Positions 9,105-18,712 of a DNA stretch of 64,000 bases are shown here, piece after piece; position 1 is the first letter of the stretch, and each line of letters begins with the position of its first letter. The translations under genes and the position numbers were made by a program. The notes below the pieces were generated by a model, which saw nothing but the letters and a program-made list of their open reading frames with translations, was not told the DNA's origin and made no database searches. The stretch comes from Bacillota bacterium (GTDB taxonomy: Bacteria; Bacillota_I; Bacilli_A; RFN20; CAG-826): positions 30,932-94,931 of the forward strand of contig JAUNOH010000004.1 in assembly GCA_030537155.1 (NCBI GenBank), in the 5' to 3' direction.

Positions 9105-10877
9105 TTATTCAACTTCTCCCGAATCGTGCAGACGCGAATAAAGTTCTTTCGCGGCACCCTCTGGCAATATCTGCCCCAATTCGAGTAGGCTCGCCCCCTT
9201 TATGGCCTCGAGGCTCGGGTAGTGCTTACGCAATAACTCCTTCCTTTTCTCCCCGATTCCGGGGATGTCGTCGTATATCGACTTGAGCATCGACTTTCCG
9301 CGGAGCGACTTATGGAAGCTGATGGCGAAGCGATGGACCTCATCCTGCATCCTCATCAAAAGGAAGAATAGAGGCGACTTATTATCCAAAGGATAAACAT
9401 GGCCTTCCCCATCGATCAGTCCGCTGGTCTGGTGGCGGTCGTTCTTGAACAATCCGGCCAGGTTTATGCTCACCCCGGCCTCATCGAGGGCCTCCTTGGC
9501 GGCATGGACCTGAGTCAAACCGCCGTCGACCAAAATCAGATCCGGGAACTCGCTCCCCTCTTCCTTCAGCCTCGAATAACGGCGGTAGGCCACCTCCTTC
9601 ATCGAGTGGTAGTCGTCCCCGGCATCCTTTTCATCCAGATGGAATTTCCTATACATCCTCTTGGCCGGCTCCCCATTTACGAAGCAGACCATGGCCCCGA
9701 CCGGATTGGAGCCCTGAAGGTGGGAGTTGTCGAATAACTCAATCCTATATGGGGTCGATATCCCCAAAATTCCACCCAGCTCCTCCAATAAGGAGAGGTT
9801 ATCGTCCTCAAGCCTGGCCGAGGCGAAATGGGCGTCCAATCCCTCCCTGGCATTGAGCTCGGCCATGTCGACGATGTCGCGATACCTCCCCTCCTGGGGA
9901 TTTAGGAAGCGGAGATCCTCAAACACCTCGCCCAAAGCCGACAATCCAGGCAATCCGGAAATCAATAGACGCGGCAAATCGTGGCTTAGATAATATTGTT
10001 CCAACAGGTCGACTATCTGCTCCTCGGGTTCCCCGAAAGAGGCGATGACATGGACCTTTTTGCCTAAAAGCATGCCACGGCGGTAACTCAAGATGGCCAG
10101 GGAACGGTAGCCCTCCCTCTCGGCGTAGGCCACCACATCTGTTGGGGTCTTCTCGAAGGTGAGCTCCACCCTTTGCTTGGAGGTCACCCCCTCGAGGGCC
10201 AATAGGGATTTGCGGTACTCCGCCGCGGATTCATAGTCGAGCCGTTCGGCGGCCTCCTCCATCGCCTTCTTCAATTTCCTCTCGGCTGCGGCGGTGTCCC
10301 CGTTGAGAAAGGATTTAATCTCCTCATAAAGGGCCGAGGAGGTCTCCTCGGGAATCTTGTTCACGCAGGGGGCCAGACACTGCCCCAACGAGTAATATAG
10401 GCAGGGTTTATCGGGGATATTCTTGCATTTGCGGGTCGGGTAGATCTTGTTTAGGAGGTTGATGGTCGCCCTCGCCTCCCCTGAATTGGGGAAAGGGCCG
10501 AAATGGAAATAGCCCTTCTCCTTGCTGCTTCGGGAGATCTTCAGATGGGGGTCGTTTCCGCGCTTTAACGAGATATAGGGGTAATGGGAGTCATCCATCA
10601 GCATGATGTTGTAACGCGGATAATGGGTCTGGATGAGGTTCATCTCGAGGATGAGGGCCTCCTTCTCCGAATGGACGACGATGGTCTCGAAGTGGTCGAC
10701 GTGGCTGACCATGGCCGCCACCTTGCCGGTTTGGGGACGGAGGAAATACTGGCTCACCCGCTTCTTCAGGTTTTTGGCCTTCCCGATGTAGATGATCTTC
10801 CCCTCCTTATCCTTCATCTGATAGACGCCAGGCTTATCGGGGAGGAGGGAAATCTGCCTTTTGAGGAGTTCGTTCAT
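9105..10877 (-). CDS. uvrC: Excinuclease ABC subunit C
   Basis: 590 aa with a GIY-YIG N-terminus (GVYQMKDKEGKIIYIGKAKNLKKRV) and a C-terminal HhH region. Confidence 0.95.
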   Translation of the reverse strand: MNELLKRQISLLPDKPGVYQMKDKEGKIIYIGKAKNLKKRVSQYFLRPQTGKVAAMVSHVDHFETIVVHSEKEALILEMNLIQTHYPRYNIMLMDDSHYPYISLKRGNDPHLKISRSSKEKGYFHFGPFPNSGEARATINLLNKIYPTRKCKNIPDKPCLYYSLGQCLAPCVNKIPEETSSALYEEIKSFLNGDTAAAERKLKKAMEEAAERLDYESAAEYRKSLLALEGVTSKQRVELTFEKTPTDVVAYAEREGYRSLAILSYRRGMLLGKKVHVIASFGEPEEQIVDLLEQYYLSHDLPRLLISGLPGLSALGEVFEDLRFLNPQEGRYRDIVDMAELNAREGLDAHFASARLEDDNLSLLEELGGILGISTPYRIELFDNSHLQGSNPVGAMVCFVNGEPAKRMYRKFHLDEKDAGDDYHSMKEVAYRRYSRLKEEGSEFPDLILVDGGLTQVHAAKEALDEAGVSINLAGLFKNDRHQTSGLIDGEGHVYPLDNKSPLFFLLMRMQDEVHRFAISFHKSLRGKSMLKSIYDDIPGIGEKRKELLRKHYPSLEAIKGASLLELGQILPEGAAKELYSRLHDSGEVE

Positions 10878-10878
10878 T

Positions 10879-13185
10879 TTATTTCAGGTGGGCGATGGTC
10901 GCGCCTAGACCCCCCTCAAACTGGTCGCCTGACTCATAGGATTCGACGAATTCTGGATGGGATTTTAGATATTCCCAAACCATCTTCTTAAGAATGCCTG
11001 AGCCAAAGCCGTGGATGATCCTGACCCGCTTGATGTTGGCCAGGCGGCACTCATCCAGATACCCCTCGAGGTGGTATTTGGCCTCATCGGCCCTCTGGCC
11101 TATCAGGTTGATTTCAAGGGGTACGTTCCTGATGAGCATCCTATCGACTTTGGATAGCTTCGGCTCGTCCTTGGGCGGGTTGATCCTCTTAAGCTTCGAG
11201 CGGTCGAGCTTAAATACCGCCCCATTGGAGCTGGCGATGCTGGCCTCGCGGTTATTCAGCTTGACTATCTTCCCGCGGAGGTCGTATCCCGGGATGTATA
11301 CGTAATCGCCGATGGAGAGATCGCGCTCGTCAAAATCTTCGAGCTCTTCGCCTTCTTCCTCCTCCAAAGCCTCGATATTCTTCTTCACCTGAATGGCCTC
11401 ATGGAGTTTTACATCGGGCTTCGAAAGGATGGAGATGGCCTCCTCGACCTCGCTTTTGGCCTTTTCAAGAAGCTTCGCTTCTTTTTTCCGCATCTCCTCC
11501 TCTAAGCCCTCTTGCTTGCGCTTTAGCTGGGCCTGGAAGGAATCTAATTGGGCCTTCTGTTTCTCGAGCTCTTTTTTCTGATTCAGCAACTCTTCCTTTA
11601 GTTTCTCCTCATCTAGGACAAGCCTGAGCAACTTCTTGCTTTGAAGTTCCCCTTCCTCGTGGTGGTTCCCGACGAATTGGCGGGCCTCTTTAATGACGTC
11701 ATCCCCCAGTCCATAACGGGAGGCCACCTCAAAGGCATAGCTCTCCCCGGGGAGTCCCCTTTTCAGGATATAGGTCGGGCGCATGTTCTCATCGTCATAG
11801 ACCAGGGACGCCGACACCAATCTATCCTCGATCATCGCGTAGGCCTTCAGGGCGTTGAAGTGGCTGGTGGCCAGGATGAAGCAGCCCTTATCAAGCAGTT
11901 TCTTCACGCAGGCATAGGCCAAGGCCTCCCCCTCCTGGGGTGAGGTCCCGGTACCGATTTCATCCAGCAGCACGAGGTCGCCCTCCCCCGCTTCATCGAT
12001 GATTTTGGCAATCGCGGATATATGGGCGGCGAAGGTTGAGAGGTTCTCCTCCAAAGACTGCCTATCCCCGATATCGGCATAGACATTGTTCAAATAAGTC
12101 ATCTCCGCTCCCTCCTTGGCGGGGATGGCCAAGCCGCAATGATGCATATACACCAATAAACCTAGGGTCTTCAAGGCCACCGTCTTGCCCCCGGCGTTGG
12201 GGCCGGAGATTATGATGGCGGGTTCTTTCTCGGTCAAAAGGAAATCGTTTGGCACCGCCTTATTAGGATCTAGGAGAGGATGCCTGGCCCCAAAGATGGA
12301 AATCTCGTTCCTCTCGGCGATATGGGCCACATGGGCGTTTTCCCGCCGGGCCAGATTGGCTTTGGCCAAAAGGAAATCGAGGTAGCCGATCATCCGATTC
12401 TGCTTCAGGCAATCTGATGAATTTTCCCTGATGGCGTCGGATAAAACGGCCAATAGCCTATTGATCTCGGCTTCCTCTTCCTTTTTGGCGGATGAGATTT
12501 CGTTATAGATTAGCAAAAGCTCCTCCGGCTCGATGAAGATCGTCTCCCCCGAGGCGGAGATATCCTGCATGACCCCGCGGATCTTGCTTTTGAAGTCGTT
12601 TTTCACCGGCAGGCAATAATGGCCATTGCGGAGGGTGAAGTTCGTGCCGTTTAGGTAGGCTTTGTATTTATTCGAGAGGGAGGAGAGGGAATTGACCGAC
12701 TTCTGCTCAAGGCGCTTGATCTTGAGCCTGATCGAATGGAGGGCGGGCGAGGCCTCATCGTAGACCGAGGGCCCGGGCCCCACCACTTCGTGGATCCTCT
12801 TCTCGAGGAAGGATAGTTCCGGCAAGCCCACCGCATACTCACGGACCGGGGATTCCCGATCCTCGACCTTGGAAAAATAATCCTTCAGCCGATATCCCGT
12901 CAGGCAGTCGTAGGCCACCTGCTCCAATTGCCCCAAATCGAGGATGCCCCCGGCGTTCACGTAGGATAAAAGCTCCTTCAAATCGATGGAGGCGTCGATG
13001 GGGAATCCACCGAATCTATCGATTAGATCGAGGGAATTGGAAAGCATCCCCAGTTCACGTGATAACTCATCGACGGGCAAAAACGAAAGCGAGCCGACCA
13101 TCGAGAGGGATATCTCGGTGTGGGTGAGTTTGGATAATCTATCCTGGATCAGGGGGAATTCTAGGAGGCTTTTGGACTCTTGCAT
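10879..13185 (-). CDS. mutS2: Endonuclease MutS2 (MutS-family ATPase with Smr domain)
   Basis: 768 aa with Walker A GPNAGGKTVALKTLG, a coiled-coil linker and a C-terminal Smr domain (RIIHGFGSGILKK). Confidence 0.93.
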   Translation of the reverse strand: MQESKSLLEFPLIQDRLSKLTHTEISLSMVGSLSFLPVDELSRELGMLSNSLDLIDRFGGFPIDASIDLKELLSYVNAGGILDLGQLEQVAYDCLTGYRLKDYFSKVEDRESPVREYAVGLPELSFLEKRIHEVVGPGPSVYDEASPALHSIRLKIKRLEQKSVNSLSSLSNKYKAYLNGTNFTLRNGHYCLPVKNDFKSKIRGVMQDISASGETIFIEPEELLLIYNEISSAKKEEEAEINRLLAVLSDAIRENSSDCLKQNRMIGYLDFLLAKANLARRENAHVAHIAERNEISIFGARHPLLDPNKAVPNDFLLTEKEPAIIISGPNAGGKTVALKTLGLLVYMHHCGLAIPAKEGAEMTYLNNVYADIGDRQSLEENLSTFAAHISAIAKIIDEAGEGDLVLLDEIGTGTSPQEGEALAYACVKKLLDKGCFILATSHFNALKAYAMIEDRLVSASLVYDDENMRPTYILKRGLPGESYAFEVASRYGLGDDVIKEARQFVGNHHEEGELQSKKLLRLVLDEEKLKEELLNQKKELEKQKAQLDSFQAQLKRKQEGLEEEMRKKEAKLLEKAKSEVEEAISILSKPDVKLHEAIQVKKNIEALEEEEGEELEDFDERDLSIGDYVYIPGYDLRGKIVKLNNREASIASSNGAVFKLDRSKLKRINPPKDEPKLSKVDRMLIRNVPLEINLIGQRADEAKYHLEGYLDECRLANIKRVRIIHGFGSGILKKMVWEYLKSHPEFVESYESGDQFEGGLGATIAHLK

Positions 13186-13192
13186 GGGCTAG

Positions 13193-13245
13193 ATTATAGC
13201 ATGCGGGGAGAAGTTAGGCCTTAATAGGCCTTTTTGGTCTATAAT
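13193..13245. promoter_or_regulatory. Back-to-back divergent -10 boxes for mutS2 and rnhC
   Basis: TATAAT on the minus strand (13198-13193) is 7 nt from the mutS2 ATG at 13185. TATAAT on the plus strand (13240-13245) is 7 nt from the rnhC ATG at 13253. Neither side has an SD or a good -35. Confidence 0.55.
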
Positions 13246-13252
13246 ATTGCCC

Positions 13253-14164
13253 ATGACAAATACCGCCGTCGTGCTGATAGAGGAAGGAAGGATCGGGGAG
13301 GTCAAGGAGGCTTACGCCCCCTATCTCGATGAGACCTTTTCCGATTACACCATCTTTTCGGCCGGTAAGGGCGAACTTCGGATATCCTGCTATCAGAAAG
13401 CCGACGCCCAAGCGCGGCATAAGTTAGTCTTTCAGGGCCCGGGGGCCGAAAAGGAGGCCCGCCGCTGGGGGGAGATTTTGCCACAGAAGGAAAAGCCGAC
13501 GCCCAAAAAGAAGAAACTCCCCTTCAAAGACCAGATCGGTAGCGACGAGGTTGGGACCGGGGACTTCTTCGGGCCGATCTGCGTGGCCGCCGCCTACGTC
13601 AGGAAGGAAAATCTACCCCGCCTTTTGGAATTGGGGGTCACTGATTCAAAGAAGATAGACGACGAAAAGATAAGGGAATTAGGCCCCATCTTAATCAAGG
13701 AATTCGACTACTCATCCCTCGCCTTGGACAATGCGAAATTCAATGAGGTAATCCGTTTGGGAATTAATATGAACGCGATTAAATCGATTCTCCATAATCG
13801 GGCGCTTGGAAATCTCCATAAGCGTCATCCCGACGCCGAGATTGACATCGACCAGTTCGCCGAGGAGAAAACCTATTACCGCTACCTAAAAAACGAAGCC
13901 GAGATCACCAGGATCAATAACTTCTCCATTAAGGGCGAGGAGGTATTCCCCTCGGTGGCGCTCGCCTCTTGCCTAGCCCGTTATAACTTTCTTTTGAAGA
14001 TGGATTCGCTCGGGAAGAAATATGGGATGGAATTCCCCTTTGGGGCCTCACCGAGGGTGGACGAATTCGCCAGGGAATTCATTAAAAGGCATGGCGAAAA
14101 GGAGTTGGAAAACGTCTGCAAAACCAACTTCAAAAACTACCAGGCCCTATTTGAGCTCGTCTAA
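13253..14164 (+). CDS. rnhC: Ribonuclease HIII
   Basis: Active-site motif GSDEVGTGDFFGP and an N-terminal RNase HIII-type domain. I prefer the ATG at 13253 over the in-frame TTG at 13247 listed in the ORF track. Confidence 0.88.
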   Translation: MTNTAVVLIEEGRIGEVKEAYAPYLDETFSDYTIFSAGKGELRISCYQKADAQARHKLVFQGPGAEKEARRWGEILPQKEKPTPKKKKLPFKDQIGSDEVGTGDFFGPICVAAAYVRKENLPRLLELGVTDSKKIDDEKIRELGPILIKEFDYSSLALDNAKFNEVIRLGINMNAIKSILHNRALGNLHKRHPDAEIDIDQFAEEKTYYRYLKNEAEITRINNFSIKGEEVFPSVALASCLARYNFLLKMDSLGKKYGMEFPFGASPRVDEFAREFIKRHGEKELENVCKTNFKNYQALFELV

Positions 14165-15052
14165 TACCGAGGTGAAATAATCCGGGAGGGGGCAGCTGAA
14201 GCTGACCTCCTTTTTGCTTGTGGGGTGGATGAAGGTCAGCCGATAGGCGTGGAGGAGCTGGCCGTTTTTATATATCTTCCGGTTGTCCCTCCCATAAAGG
14301 GGGTCCCCGATGACCGGGTGGCCGATATAGTCCATATGGACCCTGATCTGATGGGTCCTACCGGTCAATAGACGGCAGGAAATCAAGGTGCAATCGGATA
14401 TTTTGTATCTTTTTTCGACGTGGAAATAGGTGATTGACTCCTTGCCGTGCTCGACGTCGACCATATTCTTCAGGGGCTCTCTGGGATTCCTTCCGATGGG
14501 GGCGTCGATTTTGCCATCATCCTCATAGATGATTCCCTTGACTAAGGCATAGTATTCCCTATGCATGGTATGGTCTTTAAGCTGGGCCGATAAAAAGGCG
14601 AAGGCCTCCTCGTTTTTGGCGCTCAAAATGAGGCCGGAGGTGTCCTTATCGATACGGTGGACTAAGCCTGGTCGCTCGCTCTCGGGGTTAGCCAATTCCT
14701 TTGAATAACCGAGGATTGCATTGGCCAGGGTCCCGGAATGGTGGCCGTTTCCCGGATGGACGACTAATCCCTGGGGCTTATTGATCAACAAAACGTCCTC
14801 GTCCTCATAGACGACGTCGAGGGGGATCTGCTCGGCCTCGAGCTGGCTTTTCTCAAGGGGGAGATCCTCGTAGGAAATCTCATCGCCCTCCTTGACTTTA
14901 TAATGGGCGGTCTCGGCCTTGCCGTTGACCAAAACGAGGCCCTTCTTCAAGGCCTTTTGGGCCGAAGTCCTCGAATTATAGGCCCCGGAAATGGATAGAA
15001 CTTCGTCCAATCTTTTATTGAACAAAGACGCTTCGACGATGAATTTATCCAT
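14147..15052 (-). CDS. rluD: 23S rRNA pseudouridine synthase, RluA family (RluD-like, with S4 domain)
   Basis: HRIDKDTSGL motif. The ATG at 15052 has RBS GGAGAG and overlaps the lspA stop. The order lspA-rluD matches Bacilli. Confidence 0.88.
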   Translation of the reverse strand: MDKFIVEASLFNKRLDEVLSISGAYNSRTSAQKALKKGLVLVNGKAETAHYKVKEGDEISYEDLPLEKSQLEAEQIPLDVVYEDEDVLLINKPQGLVVHPGNGHHSGTLANAILGYSKELANPESERPGLVHRIDKDTSGLILSAKNEEAFAFLSAQLKDHTMHREYYALVKGIIYEDDGKIDAPIGRNPREPLKNMVDVEHGKESITYFHVEKRYKISDCTLISCRLLTGRTHQIRVHMDYIGHPVIGDPLYGRDNRKIYKNGQLLHAYRLTFIHPTSKKEVSFSCPLPDYFTSVLDELK

Positions 15053-15692
15053 CTTTTCCCTCTCCATTATCCTTATGCATCGAGGGGTCGCTTGGGACGA
15101 CGTTTGGCTCATTTTCGGCGGCTTGTTTTTCCTTGCTGGTTTTCACGCTGTCGAGGATGAGGTAGACGATGAAGAGGATGACGCCGATGACCAAACAGGC
15201 ATCCGCGATATTGAAGGTGGCGAAGGGGTTGATGATGCTGGTCGAGGCGTTGGGACCGCCGCCCAGGTAGAACTGGATCCAGTCGATGACCCCGTCGAAG
15301 CCGGTCGTGGCCTTCCAATAGAAGCAACGGTCGATGAGGTTGCCGAGGGCCCCGGCGATCAATAAGGCCAAAATAGACTTGAGGAATTTGCCGCTCTTCT
15401 TATAGCTGATGACGTAGTAGCCGATGAAGAGGACACTCATGATGATGGAGATGGCGATGTTGAATATCCGGCCGCCAACCGTCCCCGAGCCGAGGGAGAA
15501 GGCGGCCCCGGTGTTATAGGCTAAGGTGATGTAGAGGAAATTGGGGATCAGGCAGATCGAGGTCCCCTCCTCCTTAAGGTTGGCCTGGACGATCCACTTG
15601 GTGGCAAAGTCCAAAACCAACAGCAAAAAAGCCAATCCGGCGAAAAATATCGTCCAAAACAAAGGCGATTCGCGGAGTTTTTTCCAATCCAT
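15045..15692 (-). CDS. lspA: Lipoprotein signal peptidase II
   Basis: NTGAAFS and FNIAD motifs and 4 TM segments. The ATG at 15692 lies 2 nt after the ileS stop. There is a C-terminal extension of about 45 aa. Confidence 0.9.
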   Translation of the reverse strand: MDWKKLRESPLFWTIFFAGLAFLLLVLDFATKWIVQANLKEEGTSICLIPNFLYITLAYNTGAAFSLGSGTVGGRIFNIAISIIMSVLFIGYYVISYKKSGKFLKSILALLIAGALGNLIDRCFYWKATTGFDGVIDWIQFYLGGGPNASTSIINPFATFNIADACLVIGVILFIVYLILDSVKTSKEKQAAENEPNVVPSDPSMHKDNGEGKDG

Positions 15693-15694
15693 CG

Positions 15695-18421
15695 CTATTT
15701 CTCCAACGCCTCGTGGCAACGGAGGCAAAGCCTGATTCCGTCTTTTTCCTTCATATGGCTATGATGCCCACGGCAACGGGGGCAGACCTCGGATTCATCT
15801 TTGGAGACCTCGACTTTATCCTCATCTCCCTTGAGGGCCTCAAAGCCGCCGAGGATGAGGAGTTCCTTGGCTTCCTTGCCGAGCTTCTCGAAGAGGGCGT
15901 AATCCGCCTCATCCTTGAGGGTGAGTTTGACATAGGCCTCGCCTGAAGAGCCGATTTTGCCCTCGGCCCTCGATAATTCGAGCGATTTCAAAATCAGATC
16001 CCTAACTTTCTTAAAGCGGGATAACTCATTTAGGTAGGTTTCGCCATATTCGCTGCTCGCTTCGGGGAGGAGCTCGAGCTGCGGGTTTTCCTTCTTCTCC
16101 TCACCCGGGAGGTTTTGATAAACCTCATCCATCGTGAATGGGAGGATGGGATTAAAGAGCAGGCAAAGCTCATAGCAGCAACGGTAGATGACGTATTGAT
16201 GGCCTTTTCTCCTGTCACTGTCGGCGGAATCGCAATATAGCGAATCCTTGCAGCAATCCAGATAGAAGGAGGATAAATCGCCGGCCAGGAAGGAGGTCAA
16301 TAACGAGGTGACGTTGGCGAAGGAGAACTCGTCGTAGTATTTGAGGGCCTTATTCTTGACTTCCTCGAGTTCAGCCAAGATCCACTTGTCGGCCACGCCC
16401 AAAGCGGGGGCCTGCTTAGGAGGAAGGTAGGCCTTATCGCCATCCTGGAGGTTGGAGAGCATGAAGCGGAAGGTGTTCCTGATCTTCCGGTAGGTATCGG
16501 CGATGACCTTGATGATGCCCTCGCTTATCCTGACGTCCGCGGTGAAATCGACCTCGGCCGCCCATAACCTCAATATGTCGGCCCCGAATTGGTCGGCGAC
16601 CTTCGAGGGGTCGATGCCGTTGCCCTTCGACTTCGACATCTTCTCCCAATTCTCGTCCATGACCCAGCCATGGGTGAGGCAGCTCTTGAAGGGGGCCACC
16701 CCATTGACGGCCATCGAGACGATCATCGAGGCGTTGAACCAGCCGCGATATTGATCGTTCCCCTCCAAATAGAGGTCGGCCGGGTATTTTAATCCCCTCT
16801 CGCATAAGACGCCGTTCCAGCTCGAGCCCGAGTCGAACCAGACGTCCATGATGTCCTTTTCCTTATAAAAAGCGCCATTGGGGGATTTATCGTTATGGTA
16901 GCCATCCGGCAAAAGTTCGCTCGGGGTCGAGGAAAACCAGATGTTGGATCCATGCTCCCTAAAGAGCTTGGCGATATGATCGAAGACCTCTTTCTCGATA
17001 ATCGGGGTGCCATCCTCGTTATAGATGATGGGGATGGGGACGCCCCACACCCTCTGGCGGGAGATGCACCAGTCGGCGCGGTCCTTGATCATGTTGTTCA
17101 TCTTCACCTCGCCCCAGGAGGGAACCCATTTGATGTGCTTGATGGCCTCAAGCAGATCGGCTCTGATCGGCTCGATGGAGCAGAACCACTGCGGGGTGGC
17201 CCTGAAGATGATGGGCTTATCGGTCCGCCAGTCGTGGGGATAGCTATGGACGATGTCCTCCTCTTTTAGGAGGTGCCCGTTTCCCTCCAATATCTCCACC
17301 ACCTTATCGTTGGCCTTCTCATAGAAAAGCCCATTCAATTCGGGGTCGTTATCGAGGTGCATGATGCCCTTCTCGTCGACCGGGGCGAAGGGATGGATGC
17401 CGTATTTGGCGCAGGCGTTGAAGTCATCGACGCCATGGTCGGGGGCGGTGTGGACTAATCCGGTACCGCTATCGGCGGTGACGTAGGTATTCAGGATGAT
17501 GGGGTTGACGCGCTCCGGATAGAGGGGGTGATGGTAGCTGACGTATTCCAACTCCTCGCCCGTGAATTCCTGCAATAAGGTCGTCTCTCCCAAGGAGAGG
17601 GTCTCGACGAGCTTATCCTTCAAGTCGGTGAGGAAAAGCAATTTCCCACGCTCGGTCTGATATAAGCCGTATTTGAAGCGCGGATGGGCGGTGACGGCTC
17701 TATTGGCCGGGATGGTCCAGGGGGTGGTCGTCCAGATGACGATCTTGGCGTCTTCGGGGAGCTTTCCCTTCCCATCGGCCACATCGAAGGCCACATACAT
17801 CGTCCTGGCCGGGACATCGTAATAGACGATCTCGGCCTCGGCCAAAGCCGATTCGCTGGAGGGCGACCAATAGACCGGCTTGACCCCCTTGAAGATCAAT
17901 CCCTTCAACGCCATGGCGGCGAAAACCTCGATCTGGCGGGCCTCATATTCGGGAAGTAAGGTCAGATACGGATGGGAGAAATCGCCCATCAATCCTAGGC
18001 GATGGATCTGCCCTTTCTGGATCTCGACCTGCTCCTTGGCGAATTTCTCGCAAATCGCCCTAAAGTCGGTGACCGGGACCTTTTTCCGGTCGACCCCGGA
18101 TTTGGTGACTTTGCTCTCGATGGGAAGCCCGTGGGTGTCCCAGCCGAAGATAAAGGGCGTGCGATAGCCCCGCATGTTCTTATAGCGGACGACGAAATCC
18201 TTAAGCAGGCGGTTAAGCATGTGGCCGCAGTGCATGTTGCCATTGGCATAGGGCGGACCATCATGGAGCATATATTCCCTATCTTCCGGACGGGCCTCAT
18301 TCATCTTGTGGTATAGATCCATCTCATCCCATTTCTTAATGTAGAGGGGCTCCTTCTTATTGAGGTTCCCCCTCATCTCGAAATCGGTCTTCGGCATCAA
18401 TAGGGTATCTTTCAATTCCAT
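15695..18421 (-). CDS. ileS: Isoleucine--tRNA ligase
   Basis: HIGH motif (PPYANGNMHCGH), KMSKS (KMSKSKGN) and a C-terminal Zn-finger-like CPRC...CLRC. The ATG at 18421 has RBS AGGAGAGAG. Confidence 0.97.
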   Translation of the reverse strand: MELKDTLLMPKTDFEMRGNLNKKEPLYIKKWDEMDLYHKMNEARPEDREYMLHDGPPYANGNMHCGHMLNRLLKDFVVRYKNMRGYRTPFIFGWDTHGLPIESKVTKSGVDRKKVPVTDFRAICEKFAKEQVEIQKGQIHRLGLMGDFSHPYLTLLPEYEARQIEVFAAMALKGLIFKGVKPVYWSPSSESALAEAEIVYYDVPARTMYVAFDVADGKGKLPEDAKIVIWTTTPWTIPANRAVTAHPRFKYGLYQTERGKLLFLTDLKDKLVETLSLGETTLLQEFTGEELEYVSYHHPLYPERVNPIILNTYVTADSGTGLVHTAPDHGVDDFNACAKYGIHPFAPVDEKGIMHLDNDPELNGLFYEKANDKVVEILEGNGHLLKEEDIVHSYPHDWRTDKPIIFRATPQWFCSIEPIRADLLEAIKHIKWVPSWGEVKMNNMIKDRADWCISRQRVWGVPIPIIYNEDGTPIIEKEVFDHIAKLFREHGSNIWFSSTPSELLPDGYHNDKSPNGAFYKEKDIMDVWFDSGSSWNGVLCERGLKYPADLYLEGNDQYRGWFNASMIVSMAVNGVAPFKSCLTHGWVMDENWEKMSKSKGNGIDPSKVADQFGADILRLWAAEVDFTADVRISEGIIKVIADTYRKIRNTFRFMLSNLQDGDKAYLPPKQAPALGVADKWILAELEEVKNKALKYYDEFSFANVTSLLTSFLAGDLSSFYLDCCKDSLYCDSADSDRRKGHQYVIYRCCYELCLLFNPILPFTMDEVYQNLPGEEKKENPQLELLPEASSEYGETYLNELSRFKKVRDLILKSLELSRAEGKIGSSGEAYVKLTLKDEADYALFEKLGKEAKELLILGGFEALKGDEDKVEVSKDESEVCPRCRGHHSHMKEKDGIRLCLRCHEALEK

Positions 18422-18424
18422 ACT

Positions 18425-18649
18425 CTCTCCTAAAAAAATAAAAACGCCCACTCAAGGACGCCCGGGGGCGCGGTACCACCTAGATTCGCCATCTCATCGA
18501 TGGCACGCTCAATTGTCCGTTAACGCCTGGTGCGGTCCCCCTACTGGTATTTCAGGGGGCGTGCTCGGAAGTGATACCCTTTCGCCTGCCCCCTCTCAGC
18601 CAAGGGGGGCTCTCTGTCGTTCGCTACTCGGACGTGTCTTCGTCTCAGC
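18425..18649 (-). promoter_or_regulatory. T-box riboswitch leader of ileS
   Basis: The minus strand carries the T-box core TAGGTGGTACCGCGCC (about 18483-18469), a GC-rich hairpin plus TTTTTATTTTTTT before the RBS, and a candidate -10 TATATT (18661-18656). Confidence 0.85.
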
Positions 18650-18680
18650 CCCATTAATATAGCATGTCTTTTTCTTAAAA

Positions 18681-18706
18681 AAAGAAAAAAGGCCCGGCTG
18701 GGCCCC
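18681..18706 (-). terminator. Intrinsic terminator of ftsZ
   Basis: Minus strand GGCCC-AGCC-GGGCC followed by TTTTTTCTTTTTTT. Confidence 0.75.
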
Positions 18707-18712
18707 TTCCTT

